Shown: piece by piece, positions 9,850-20,487 of the stretch
Numbering within the stretch: the stretch's first letter is position 1
How the letters are laid out: the number at the start of each line of letters is the position of its first letter
Source of the DNA: Candidatus Poribacteria bacterium
Lineage (GTDB): Bacteria; Poribacteria; WGA-4E; WGA-3G
Direction of reading: 5' to 3'
Length of the DNA: 64,000 bases
Assembly (NCBI GenBank): GCA_965215265.1
Contig: OZ244048.1
Coordinates: 576,001 to 640,000, forward strand
Position numbers and translations under genes: made by a program
The notes under the pieces: generated by a model
Databases searched by the model: none
What the model was told of the DNA's origin: nothing
The model's input: only the letters and a program-made list of their open reading frames with translations

Positions 9850-12800
9850 TCATGCTAGCGGCGGCAGCTGCCCCACAAGCTTCACTGTCTCTAGACTCAC
9901 CGACACAACCCGTCCGATTAATTCCACAATATATTTCGGGGCATCCGCACGGTTCGGATCGTTCACAATACCGCTCCGTTTGTCTACCTTCACACGATAC
10001 CCATCCACTACCCACTCCAACGCACTACGCGCACCTAAACGATACGCAAAAACCTCATCCGGAATACCGGCTATCGTCAGGAAGTCGTTGTAGTCCAACT
10101 GCGTCTTCTCTTTCGAGAATCTCATCTTCTCTACGCGCCAATCCCGCTGGACATTAGGTGTCTCAATAAACTGCAAGCCTGCAGATTCGGGCTGCGTTTC
10201 ATAGTTGACGTGAAGTTCTGCTAACCGCGCACCAATGTTCACGAACGCCCAGAAATCTGGTGCAAATGGGATGTGAGGTAAATCGCGCTTGAGATTCATC
10301 TGATAAGTTTCGCGATAGTCCGGCTGATGCAATAGCGCATAGATGTAATGAAAGATGTCCCACTTGCTGATAGTGTCCTCGCCGTAGTGAGTTCTGAACG
10401 CTGCCAATGCCCACTCCGTGATGTTTTCACGGCGGTTGCTGCCGTCCTCGGCGTAGATATAGAAAGGGAAACATTGCGTTTTTTCAAATCCCACATCTAA
10501 ATTGGGAATCATATTTGTTGCGAGACAACCAAAGCCTTTCCAATTTCCAACACCCGCTACACAAATTACCTGGTTTTCCTTTTCTGTCTCAGGAGTCGGA
10601 AAGATGAAACGAAAGAGTCCGGGCCGGTCTACTAGCATCCGATCAAAGTAGAGCGCCCGCTTCGTGAAAGGGCGGTAGAGGCATCGCCGCAGTTTTGAGT
10701 CATTAAATTCAGCGAAATGTCCGCTATTCAGATGCCGTTTTAACGTGGAACTCCATTTAATTTTCGTGGCATCAGCATCCACAAAATCATCAACGTTGGC
10801 ACCTCGAGCGCTCTGATGCTGCCACTTGAAAACTTGCATGTTGTAGTTCTCAATCATCCGCTGCATATTTTGAGAGAGCGCTTGGGCGTTGAAGTTGAGG
10901 CTCCACGCATCGCGGTTCGTGCTAATACCGAGGCTGTAAGTTTTGAAAATAACATCCACAGCCTCCCCTTTTGCTTTCTTTGCTTGCTGCGTTCCGAGAG
11001 GAATAAAGGTATCAAACGCTGCGTTGAGTCCTTCCGTGAGCCACGTGTATCGGGCATCCGGGGCGATGGTTTGCCACTCAATATTCCCAGCATGTTGGCG
11101 TTCATTCAGAAAATCAAACTTCCGTTGTCTGTTCCACAGTTCATCGAGGCGATGGTAACAGATACGGCAGGGCTCCGGTGATTTTTGATGTTTCTTCACA
11201 AACAGGTTGATACTGACACCGACCTGGATTCCGAATACATTTGTGTCAGAGACCTTTAAGCCTCGCCTCGCATTGCCCCCCAAGTCCAGAACATAGAGCG
11301 CATCGCAGTCGGCCGCGAGGTGTTTCCGCATCCCGTCGAAAGCCAATCCGTCAAGGAAGCTATTGTTCGTTATCAAGGCGACAATACCTTCATCGCCTAT
11401 CCTATCCAACCCCCATCGAATTGCCTTCACATACGGGTCATACAGCTTATTTTTTAGGGCCGCCTTAGAATCCTTGGCGTATGTCTCTGCGATGCGTTTA
11501 TCCATCGCCGGATACTGCCGATTTTTGTTGTTATCGTTCTCATTCACCTGGCCAGCGTTGTAGGGCGGATTCCCGAGAACTACAAACATCTCCGACGCTT
11601 TCTGACGCTCCACCCGGGCCGTGTTTTCACGCGTGAAGAGTTGCGCCTGCTCTGATTCAAGCAACTCAAACGTATCAACAAGGCAGATGCCTTCAAACGG
11701 CAGGTATTCACCCGTCCGGCGGAAATATTCATGCTCTATGTTCAAACTGGAGATGTAATACGGCAACAGCATCAGTTCGTTGCAGTGGAGTTCCGCCCGG
11801 TATTTCTCCTCCAACATTGTGCCTTCAATGTCTTGCATCAGACGCACGATGAAGTTACCGGTACCAACGAACGGGTCGATGATGTGAACACCCGGCTCGG
11901 AAAGCGAACGGTTAAACTCGGTTTCTAAGAGGTATTCCACACTTTTCACCATGAAATCGACTATCGGTTGCGGCGTATAGACAATCCCATGCGTATCCGC
12001 AACCTCTATAGAGAATCCTTGGAAAAACTGCTCGTAAACCGTGTTCAAAAAATGTTGTTTTTGCGAGAAATCCGTGCAGAGCGTAGCCGCTTGCTCAATC
12101 GCACGATAGAACGGCTCAAGACGCCGCATGAAGCCGTCTCGACTGAAAGCGTGGTGCGTGAGTGCATCAATAACGGTTTCAATGTCGCGGGCGATGATAT
12201 TTCTGCGTGTAAAATCCGGATTATCAAAGACGGTGCGGAAAATGCGTTCTGTGAGCAGGTGTTGGATGAGCATCTCTTCCACTGCGGCTTTAGACAGATT
12301 CGGATTGATTGATGCGCGGCACTGCCGGTAAAAATCAGCAAAAGCGCTGGTGAAGCGTGTATTGGTTTGGTGCTGTTGCCGGATGAGTTGAGCGAGTTCT
12401 CGCCCGAGCGCAGGGACCCTCTCTTTGAATGCAGAAACAGCGGCATGCCACTTCTCAATCGCGGCAAACGGCTCTGAAAACAGACGATGCACTGCCTCAA
12501 GGAGCCTGTCAGGCTGCGTCATGTCTACGTCAAGCACTCTCTTGTCGTTCTGATAGAGGACACCGCGCTGCGGCGTGTAGAAGAAGATATTGGATGTCGG
12601 GTAACCCGCGTCAATCTTTCGTATGATTTCGCGCTCCAGATCATCTGCCATATCTTTCGCTTCACAATAAGCGAAAGGGAGTTCGTATTCGTCAAGAATC
12701 GCACCGTCAAGCACGATACGGTTTCCGCGTTCCGTACGCATAGCATATTGCGGCACAAATACCGCCTCTACCTGTCGCGCACACGTTTGCAGCAGCGTCC

Positions 12801-12915
12801 CCAGCGGAATACTCACCGCACCTTCGTGAACGATGTGGCTCTGTTCGTAGCGTTCCAGCGTCGTGTAGTAGTCACGGACAGATTTACTGTTGGAGTTCAG
12901 CCTCAAGTTTTGCAT
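9850..12915 (-). CDS. Type ISP/IIG-like single-chain restriction-modification enzyme (N6 adenine MTase plus C-terminal specificity domain)
   Basis: GIVYTP, DPFVGTGNF, GNPPY motifs; C-terminal YRPF, RDLPHIP, SALEWVV; N-terminal D...EAK nuclease-like motif. Likely start is ATG 12915. Confidence 0.85.
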   Translation of the reverse strand: MQNLRLNSNSKSVRDYYTTLERYEQSHIVHEGAVSIPLGTLLQTCARQVEAVFVPQYAMRTERGNRIVLDGAILDEYELPFAYCEAKDMADDLEREIIRKIDAGYPTSNIFFYTPQRGVLYQNDKRVLDVDMTQPDRLLEAVHRLFSEPFAAIEKWHAAVSAFKERVPALGRELAQLIRQQHQTNTRFTSAFADFYRQCRASINPNLSKAAVEEMLIQHLLTERIFRTVFDNPDFTRRNIIARDIETVIDALTHHAFSRDGFMRRLEPFYRAIEQAATLCTDFSQKQHFLNTVYEQFFQGFSIEVADTHGIVYTPQPIVDFMVKSVEYLLETEFNRSLSEPGVHIIDPFVGTGNFIVRLMQDIEGTMLEEKYRAELHCNELMLLPYYISSLNIEHEYFRRTGEYLPFEGICLVDTFELLESEQAQLFTRENTARVERQKASEMFVVLGNPPYNAGQVNENDNNKNRQYPAMDKRIAETYAKDSKAALKNKLYDPYVKAIRWGLDRIGDEGIVALITNNSFLDGLAFDGMRKHLAADCDALYVLDLGGNARRGLKVSDTNVFGIQVGVSINLFVKKHQKSPEPCRICYHRLDELWNRQRKFDFLNERQHAGNIEWQTIAPDARYTWLTEGLNAAFDTFIPLGTQQAKKAKGEAVDVIFKTYSLGISTNRDAWSLNFNAQALSQNMQRMIENYNMQVFKWQHQSARGANVDDFVDADATKIKWSSTLKRHLNSGHFAEFNDSKLRRCLYRPFTKRALYFDRMLVDRPGLFRFIFPTPETEKENQVICVAGVGNWKGFGCLATNMIPNLDVGFEKTQCFPFYIYAEDGSNRRENITEWALAAFRTHYGEDTISKWDIFHYIYALLHQPDYRETYQMNLKRDLPHIPFAPDFWAFVNIGARLAELHVNYETQPESAGLQFIETPNVQRDWRVEKMRFSKEKTQLDYNDFLTIAGIPDEVFAYRLGARSALEWVVDGYRVKVDKRSGIVNDPNRADAPKYIVELIGRVVSVSLETVKLVGQLPPLA

Positions 12916-13345
12916 GCCTTTATCATAGCAGAATTCAAAACAAATAGCAAGCCGATTTTCCTCTGTGAATGTGAAAATCAAACTTTTCTAAACCAAATTT
13001 ATTTAGGAAATCCGTCTAAACACTTAATGTGACGATGAACACGAATTTTTATGTAATTTACGTCATATAAAGCACGTTTAAGTACTGACATATCAAAAAA
13101 GGTGGGGTCCTACCAAGGTTAGCTAAGCGAAAGCGCTTATTCTGATTATTTTTCCTTCTGCCACCACTATGCTATGAGGAACTACGCCTCAGCTGTGCCC
13201 TCGCGTCACCTGACTTGGCTACTTTCTTAATGCAAGTGTCTCATTTCCGTGCACAGATGCCCAGGGCATCTTTGTGGAACGAAATAATTAACCCATTCAT
13301 TCCCGGTAACCCTTGCAAGTAGTTATAGGCTTGTTTCACTTTAGG

Positions 13346-13375
13346 TTGACAACAACGTATTTTGGGTGTTATACT
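13346..13375 (+). promoter_or_regulatory. Putative sigma70 promoter upstream of pckG
   Basis: TTGACA-N18-TATACT with extended -10 TG. Confidence 0.5.
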
Positions 13376-13566
13376 ATACATGCTGCATTCAGTTTTGTCT
13401 GATGCTTAATTCGGTTTTTAACTTGCTATGTGATAAAAATTCATCTAAGATATTTTGAAAAAATGTAGAACCTATTTCATACTTTGGAAGTGCGCGTTCC
13501 TTACGATGAGATGACTTTAGGGTACCGGCTTCAGGAAAATATGGTGCCCTGATACAGGAGGATTGA

Positions 13567-15360
13567 ATGACAAACAACAAGAAGCTGCTCAGTTGGGTTG
13601 AAGAAACCGCGAAATTATGCCAACCGGATAACATCTATTGGTGCGACGGCTCTCAAGAAGAGAACGACCGGTTGTGTGAAGAATTGGTTCAGAAAGGGAC
13701 TTTTGTCCGCTTGGATCCGGAGAAGCGGCCGGGGAGTTACCTCGCGCGTTCTAACCCGGAAGATGTCGCCCGTGTTGAAGGGCGTACCTTTATCTGTGCA
13801 AAAAACCCAACTGAGGCAGGACCGACGAACAATTGGCACGATGCCGATGAGATGAAAGCGACGTTAAACGGACTTTTCAACGGATGTATGCGAGGGCGTA
13901 CAATGTACGTTGTACCGTTTAGCATGGGGCCCCTCGGTTCACCTATTTCGCAGATCGGGGTAGAAATCAGCGATTCGCCCTACGTCGTTGTGAATATGCG
14001 GATTATGACACGCATGGGCAGCGCAGTATTAGAGATTCTCGGTGAAGACGGCGATTTTGTGCCGTGCTTGCACTCCGTCGGCATGCCACTCGAACCCGGG
14101 CAGGATGATGTCGTCTGGCCGTGCGATCCGGATAACAAATACATTGTTCACTTCCCAGAAGAACGTTCGATCTGGTCGTATGGAAGTGGCTACGGTGGCA
14201 ACGCACTCTTGGGGAAAAAATGCTACGCGCTTCGTATTGCCTCTACTATGGCAAAAAATGATGGCTGGATGGCAGAACATATGCTAATTGTGGGCTTAAC
14301 GAGCCCGGAAGGTGGAAAAACATATATCGCGGCCGCATTTCCGAGCGCTTGTGGTAAGACGAACCTCGCTATGCTGACCCCAACTATCCCCGGGTGGAAA
14401 GCGGAATGCGTGGGCGATGATATTGCCTGGATGAAATTTGGCGAAGATGGGCGACTCTACGCGATTAATCCGGAATCAGGTTTTTTCGGTGTTGCTCCTG
14501 GTACGTCAATGGACACGAATCCGAACGCAATGCACACCTTAGCATCCAACTCTATCTTCACGAATGCTGCACTCACGCCCGATGGCGACGTGTGGTGGGA
14601 AGAGATGCGTGATGAAGCCCCGGAAACAGTAACGAGTTGGCTAAACGAAGCATGGCACCGTGGCGATGAAAAGACAGCGGCACACCCTAACTCCCGTTAC
14701 ACAACCCCGGCATCGCAATGCCCGATTATCGACCCAAATTGGGAGAACCCAGCAGGCGTGCCGATCTCCGCAATTCTCTTCGGAGGTAGGCGTGCAACGA
14801 CGGTCCCGTTGGTTTATGAAGCATTTGATTGGCAACACGGCACGTTTATTGGGTCCGCGATGTCTTCTGAGCGTACGGCTGCAGCTGCAGGAACAGTCGG
14901 CGAACTGCGCCGCGACCCGATGGCCATGCTACCGTTCTGCGGATACAATATGGGTGACTACTTCGCGCACTGGCTGCAGCTTGGGAAACAGACGGCTGAA
15001 AGCAAACTCCCCAAAATTTTCTATGTCAATTGGTTCCGGAAAGATGCAGACGGCGGCTGGCTGTGGCCCGGTTTTGGCGAAAACAGTCGTGTGCTTAAAT
15101 GGATTGTGGAGCGCGTCACCGGAAAAGGCGAGGCAGTAGAAACGCCGATCGGATACCTTCCTGCACCTGGTGCAATTGATACCAGCGGCTTAGACGTAAC
15201 CCAAGAACAGATGGAAGAACTCCTGAAAGTTGATGTGGAAGAATGGCTTGGCGAAATTCAATCCATTAAGGAGCATTACGAACGTTTTGGCGATAGGCTG
15301 CCGACAGCGTTATCGGATGAGTTAGCAGCACTGGAAGCCCGTTTGCGCACAGCAGAGTAA
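13567..15360 (+). CDS. pckG: Phosphoenolpyruvate carboxykinase (GTP)
   Basis: [51 protein letters not shown]. Confidence 0.97.
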   Translation: MTNNKKLLSWVEETAKLCQPDNIYWCDGSQEENDRLCEELVQKGTFVRLDPEKRPGSYLARSNPEDVARVEGRTFICAKNPTEAGPTNNWHDADEMKATLNGLFNGCMRGRTMYVVPFSMGPLGSPISQIGVEISDSPYVVVNMRIMTRMGSAVLEILGEDGDFVPCLHSVGMPLEPGQDDVVWPCDPDNKYIVHFPEERSIWSYGSGYGGNALLGKKCYALRIASTMAKNDGWMAEHMLIVGLTSPEGGKTYIAAAFPSACGKTNLAMLTPTIPGWKAECVGDDIAWMKFGEDGRLYAINPESGFFGVAPGTSMDTNPNAMHTLASNSIFTNAALTPDGDVWWEEMRDEAPETVTSWLNEAWHRGDEKTAAHPNSRYTTPASQCPIIDPNWENPAGVPISAILFGGRRATTVPLVYEAFDWQHGTFIGSAMSSERTAAAAGTVGELRRDPMAMLPFCGYNMGDYFAHWLQLGKQTAESKLPKIFYVNWFRKDADGGWLWPGFGENSRVLKWIVERVTGKGEAVETPIGYLPAPGAIDTSGLDVTQEQMEELLKVDVEEWLGEIQSIKEHYERFGDRLPTALSDELAALEARLRTAE

Positions 15361-15525
15361 ATTAATTGATGTCTTGTTTAGCGTTGAATGGCAAGCGTGG
15401 TTAGCCTTCCTTGCCATTTTTCTTCTCATGGCACGCTTCTGGAAATCGTTCCCATAAGGATTCAGAGACGTGTCTGGATGGGGATATCAAGATGAATCGG
15501 ATTCACATAATAAAAGGAGTTGGCA

Positions 15526-16510
15526 ATGGAGGAACAGACCTACCGTGTTGCACCGCCGGGATTTACACCGGCACAGTGGAAAACGTTCAACGAAGATGGT
15601 ATTATCTTTATTGAAGATGCCATCTCCGACGAAGACATCCAACGTTACATTGATGGGATAGACCGGGCTGCGGAGGCTCACCCGAAATATACACCAGGTG
15701 GGTATTTCGGGGTGGAAAACATCGTTGAACGTGACCCGGTTTTCACAGAGCTCATAGATCATCGTCGACACGTCGGTTTTGCCTACGATTTGTTCGGCGA
15801 ATTGCTCAAGTTGCATCAGAGCCAGTTTTTTCTCCGCCCTCCCGGAGGCAAGCAGTATAACCAATGGCACCCCGACGGTGCACGGGCACTCCCTTACGGT
15901 GTCTTTTCCCCGCAATTGCCCCTTACAAATCAGAATTGGGTACTGGCTAACCGACCTGCCGACAGAGAAAATGGGCAACCTGGTTGTTTTACCGGGTAGC
16001 CATCGGCATCAGTATATGGATGGCTATGATACGCACAAAAGCATCCATGGCGAAAAACTCATCTGCCTGCGGAAAGGCACCATGACAGTTTTGATTCAAA
16101 ACAACGAAGGGCTCCGACGAGATGTACATCGGATTTAACAATACATAACCCTTGATGGGGCTGAAATATACAAAAAGATGCATTCCTGCATCTGGCATCG
16201 TGTGGAACAGAACGAGAGTGATGTGGTGCGTTATAAAATCTTTGTTGCGTACTGTCCATCTTGGCTGACTCCGGCAGATCGGTTTCATTCGTCGCCAGAG
16301 TGGTTGAAAACGCTCAACCGCGAACAACGCATCATTATGCGGAGTTACAGCCATGCATACCACAATGCGAAACCACCTGCGTCAGAATTCCCGCTGTTCT
16401 TGGAACGAGATACCACTACTGAGGCAGATACTGGGGCGTATAGTGAACATGTGCAGCTGCACCGACGGAAACGCCTGACGATGCATGAGCGACTTGCTTC
16501 ACAATTGTAG
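15526..16510 (+). pseudogene. Disrupted phytanoyl-CoA dioxygenase (PhyH) family gene
   Basis: Three fragments (WHPD / VLPGSH..KGTMTV / MHSCIWH); one extra base in a C run near 15920; 87-bp stop-containing insertion at 16091-16177. Confidence 0.8.
16091..16177. repeat. Short dispersed-repeat insertion
   Basis: tcggatttaacaatacataacccttgatgg (16129-16158) is identical to 62078-62107; ends in ctgaaatatacaaaaag like copies near 16.7, 17.95, 20.1 and 62.1 kb. Confidence 0.75.
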
Positions 16511-16724
16511 CCGGGTATTTCGTCTCTTTCAGCCCATCAGCGCCTGATATTTTTTCGTATAGTGCAGCACAACACCAATCTATGCTATGATAACCCTTGT
16601 ACAAATCTCGTCGGAGATTTTCTATGCTATGAATCTAAACATCTAAAGGCTCTGGCGAGATTTGTGCTAAGGTGTTCATAAAATCAATCAGTGTTGTGCT
16701 GAAATATACTAAAAAGCGAAAATT

Positions 16725-17855
16725 ATGAAAACATTTTTTCTTAAAGACATGCAGTACCGCCGGGCCCGTGCGATGCTAACCGCACTCGGCATCACTGTGC
16801 TCATCTCCCTAATTCTGTTGCTAGGCGGTATTATGAACGGCATGCAGATTCAGGCTCGGCAGTACGTTGAGTCTACCGGCGCGGACATTTGGGTCTCTTA
16901 CGAGGGCTCCGGTGGTGCTTTCATCGGATTTTCGCTGCTCGCTGAAGAACACATGGTATTCCTTAACTCAGAGCCAGGCTTAGTAGCGAATTCTGCATCA
17001 CCCTTGATTTTCGCACAAGCGAGACCTACAGTGCATGGAAAATCTACGAAGGCAATTGTTGTCGGCTATAAAGCAGGGCAGCTGGGCGGTCCCAAGCAAG
17101 CAATTGAAGGCAGAATGTTCACAGGAAGCCAATTCAAGGATTATAGGCCCGAAGACCCAATTCCTTATGAGGTCGTTGTCGATGAAAAGATGGGACTTGA
17201 GATCGGCGAGCAGATTACGCTTGGTAATGAAAAGGCCCGGGTTGTCGGGAAAACGAAGAGCTTAATGTTTGTTTTGGATACACCATTACTGTTTATGGAT
17301 GTTCGTATTGCTCAGAAGTTACTCTTCGATAACTACCCGCATGTTAATATGATGATTGCCAAAAGCAATGAAAATGCAGCGCCTGCACAGCTGGCTGCAA
17401 CTTTAGACAGTTACGAAACTATTGACGCGCACACTGTCCAGCAGACACTTGGAAATATCATTGAGTACTATGTTGACGAACCGATGAAAGCGGTGCAATT
17501 CCTGCGGGTCATGCTCTGGTTAGCGGCGGGCCTCCTCGTCGGAATGATTACTTATGTGACGATGCTCGAAAAGACACAGGAAATCGGAGTGCTGAAGGCC
17601 ATTGGTGCCTCAAACAGATATGTTATGGGGATGCTCTTGAAGCAGGTAGCACTGATTTCTGTGAGTGGTGTTGTGTGTGGCTTAATTCTCGCCTATCTGT
17701 TTGCGGCCGTGGCTCCAATTTTTGTTGCAGTCCACTTTGCTGAATCGCTCATCGTAGCAGGCATCAGTCTGATTGTGTGTGGTGTAAGCGGCTATTTAGC
17801 AGCCCGTAAGGCAATTCGCGTAGATCCGATGATAGCGTTCCGAGGGGAAATTTAA
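16725..17855 (+). CDS. ABC transporter permease (MacB/FtsX-like)
   Basis: N-terminal TM, periplasmic domain, EIGVLKAIGAS, C-terminal VDPMIAFR. Confidence 0.9.
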   Translation: MKTFFLKDMQYRRARAMLTALGITVLISLILLLGGIMNGMQIQARQYVESTGADIWVSYEGSGGAFIGFSLLAEEHMVFLNSEPGLVANSASPLIFAQARPTVHGKSTKAIVVGYKAGQLGGPKQAIEGRMFTGSQFKDYRPEDPIPYEVVVDEKMGLEIGEQITLGNEKARVVGKTKSLMFVLDTPLLFMDVRIAQKLLFDNYPHVNMMIAKSNENAAPAQLAATLDSYETIDAHTVQQTLGNIIEYYVDEPMKAVQFLRVMLWLAAGLLVGMITYVTMLEKTQEIGVLKAIGASNRYVMGMLLKQVALISVSGVVCGLILAYLFAAVAPIFVAVHFAESLIVAGISLIVCGVSGYLAARKAIRVDPMIAFRGEI

Positions 17856-17976
17856 AGGCGCATCCACACGATTTTTTCGTATACTGTAGCACAACAACTA
17901 CTGCTGTTTTGATATCACTGTTTTTACATAACAACTGCCTTTATTGTGCTGAAATATACAAATAAAAGGGGGCATT

Positions 17977-18651
17977 ATGGCAGCGATTGTAGAAGGAACC
18001 GGATTAACCAAACGTTTTGGAGCAGGAGATGCAGCCGTCATCGCAGTCAATTCTGTAGATATCCGAATCGAAGCCGGGGAATTGGTGATGATTATGGGCG
18101 ATAGCGGATGCGGAAAAACAACCTTGATTAGCCTCCTCGGCTGTATTTTGACACCAGATGAGGGTGAACTCCAAATTGATGGTGGCTCTATTGACGGGCA
18201 GGTGCAAGACATGAGCGTGGTACGCCGAGAGAAAATTGGGTTTGTCTTTCAACTGTTTCATCTCCTTCCCTACCTGACTGCGCTCGAAAACGTGATGATT
18301 GCTATGGACATAGCCCGAACGGATACAAATGATGCAGCGTCACGTGCTGAAGCACTGCTCGCCCAGGTCGGGTTAGCCGAACGCCTCCATCACCGTCCTG
18401 CTCAGCTGTCAGGCGGTGAAAAACAGCGTGTCTCTTTTGCGCGTGCCCTCGCCAACCGGCCGAAAATTATCTTCGCCGACGAACCAACTGCGAACTTAGA
18501 CAGCCGCCAAAGCGATAACTTAATGGGCCTCATTCAGGAACTCCGCCAAGAACACCAAACCACTATCGCCATAGTCACTCATCACGAAGGTTTGAAATCA
18601 GATGCAGACCGGGTTATCCACATGAAAGATGGAAGGATTGTTACTGCATGA
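17977..18651 (+). CDS. ABC transporter ATP-binding protein (LolD/MacB-like)
   Basis: GDSGCGKTT, GFVFQ, LSGGEKQRV, DEPTANLD. Confidence 0.95.
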   Translation: MAAIVEGTGLTKRFGAGDAAVIAVNSVDIRIEAGELVMIMGDSGCGKTTLISLLGCILTPDEGELQIDGGSIDGQVQDMSVVRREKIGFVFQLFHLLPYLTALENVMIAMDIARTDTNDAASRAEALLAQVGLAERLHHRPAQLSGGEKQRVSFARALANRPKIIFADEPTANLDSRQSDNLMGLIQELRQEHQTTIAIVTHHEGLKSDADRVIHMKDGRIVTA

Positions 18652-19979
18652 ACAGAAAGGCGCTTGCTGCCCTGACTGCTGGAATGCTCGTTTTCGTTTT
18701 TAATCTAAATTTTTCGGTTTACTCTGAGGCGGAAAAATCGCCTGCTCCCTCTTTAAACACCGGATTACATGCCCTGGGGTTATCCTTTATTGACGGCAAT
18801 ACTTACACCCGCTTTCAACTTCAGCCGGATATTCCGCTTGGCAAAATCGGCATCGGATTGGGTTTAGTTGTCCTTTACAACCCGCTTGCTGAAGCGGCTG
18901 AACCGCAATTTCTCGCTGAAGACGCAGAATCTTGGGACAGTCCAAGCACCTGGTTGCGGTTAATTCGTTACATCCGCTACGGGCAGCCTTACGATGCGTT
19001 TCACTTCCGTTTTGGGGAATTAGATTACCTAACAATCGGGCACGGGTTAATTATGTCCGGTTATTCTAACCACGATAGGCGCGGGATACGTCTGAATTTC
19101 CGCGGTTCAAGCAATAAATTTGGGGTGGAGACGGCGCTGAATGATTTCGGAAATCCGACTATTTTTGGCGGGCGCACGTTCATTCGGCCCTTCCAAGGCC
19201 CCGAAGAGAGTAACCTCTATACCAGATTCGAACTCGGAGCTACTTACATTACTGACATAGATCCAATCCTGGTGGAGATAGGCGAAGAGCCGCTAATAGG
19301 CGTTGGTGTTGATGCAGGGCTCCCTATTTTTGAAACGAGCACGTTTCGCTTCGACCTGTATGATGACATCGCTTTCCTTAATACCTTAGCCAATACTGAC
19401 GAAGAAAACGCTTCCACGACAGAACTTGCCTGGGGCAACGCCATTGGTGTTGGGTTTTCTTGGACAAAATCACTCTTTAAACTTGAGTACCGGATTCTGG
19501 GAAACGGTTTTTACCCTTCCGTGTTTGATTACACCTATGAACCGGCGAAAACAGTGGATGCAATTCCGAATCGAGAACACGCTACAGCAGTACAAAGACG
19601 CGGATTCTTTTCAGAACTCAATTGGAATCCGAGCCCCCAAATTCATTTCTTCGGTACCTTTGAAGATTACACGGACAGTGAACCGAAACTCTATCTTGGG
19701 ATAAGCGAGTCCGAGTTAATCCCGCGCATCGCGTTTCGGGCATACTACACAAAACGCGATATTGGTGAGTCTGGTGAGACCGGTTTCTTCTCGGACCTGT
19801 TCGATCTTGACGAAAAGTCTGCGTTTGCGGTTGAAGTGCGCTACGAGCTCTTACCGGCTATTGAGACGATTATTACGCACGAATACCGGTTCCGGCGCGT
19901 TACAACAGCGGACGGAATTTCGCAGTTTGAACCGATTCATAAAACGTCGTTTATGGTAGGCAGTACAGCGAATTTTTAA
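18648..19979 (+). CDS. Exported hypothetical protein, probable outer-membrane beta-barrel
   Basis: Signal peptide, amphipathic beta strands, terminal Phe; overlaps the ATPase stop. Confidence 0.65.
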   Translation: MNRKALAALTAGMLVFVFNLNFSVYSEAEKSPAPSLNTGLHALGLSFIDGNTYTRFQLQPDIPLGKIGIGLGLVVLYNPLAEAAEPQFLAEDAESWDSPSTWLRLIRYIRYGQPYDAFHFRFGELDYLTIGHGLIMSGYSNHDRRGIRLNFRGSSNKFGVETALNDFGNPTIFGGRTFIRPFQGPEESNLYTRFELGATYITDIDPILVEIGEEPLIGVGVDAGLPIFETSTFRFDLYDDIAFLNTLANTDEENASTTELAWGNAIGVGFSWTKSLFKLEYRILGNGFYPSVFDYTYEPAKTVDAIPNREHATAVQRRGFFSELNWNPSPQIHFFGTFEDYTDSEPKLYLGISESELIPRIAFRAYYTKRDIGESGETGFFSDLFDLDEKSAFAVEVRYELLPAIETIITHEYRFRRVTTADGISQFEPIHKTSFMVGSTANF

Positions 19980-20069
19980 CGTCTGGAAACTGAGCTCAGC
20001 AAATCTCTCCCACAAGCAGATAGGTGACAGAAACATCCGGATTGGCAGATTGTTCTTAAGGACGGGCAA

Positions 20070-20445
20070 TGAACCTTGATAGGACTGAAATATACAAATA
20101 TGCGGCACCTAAGGGTCTCCGGCGAGATTTGTAAAGATTTTAGAAAAACATCAGATGGTAACGTGCTGAGATATACAAAAAGACGAGATTTTTCACAGGT
20201 TTTAACATTGCAGCAGCCTTGTTACGGGCTCCTGTAGACGAAAGAACGATATAACCCTTCACCACTGCCGAGGCCAAATTCAACGTTATCGTCGCTTTTA
20301 CCGGACTTGTCGCAAAAAATGTTTCCGTAGACGTGTCCATCACCGAATGCTGCGTTTGATATTTCAAACGGATATATCCAAACAGCTTTTTCGTATATCT
20401 CCGTACCATCAACGCTTATAATTTTGACGGTACGGAGATATACAA
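20070..20445. repeat. Composite cluster of dispersed repeats
   Basis: Two ctgaratatacaaa units; 20197-20244 is the reverse complement of 62031-62078 (1 mismatch); palindrome gtatatctccgtaccatcaa...ttgacggtacggagatatac at about 20393-20443. Confidence 0.65.
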
Positions 20446-20487
20446 CTCAGACATGTTGGATATTCAGGCTCGATTGAATTTTGCTGT

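Noticed and set aside
13118-13160. tmRNA-tag-like reading AEGKIIRISAFA* on the minus strand
   Set aside because: No tRNA-like 5' end, T-arm or CCA end was found.
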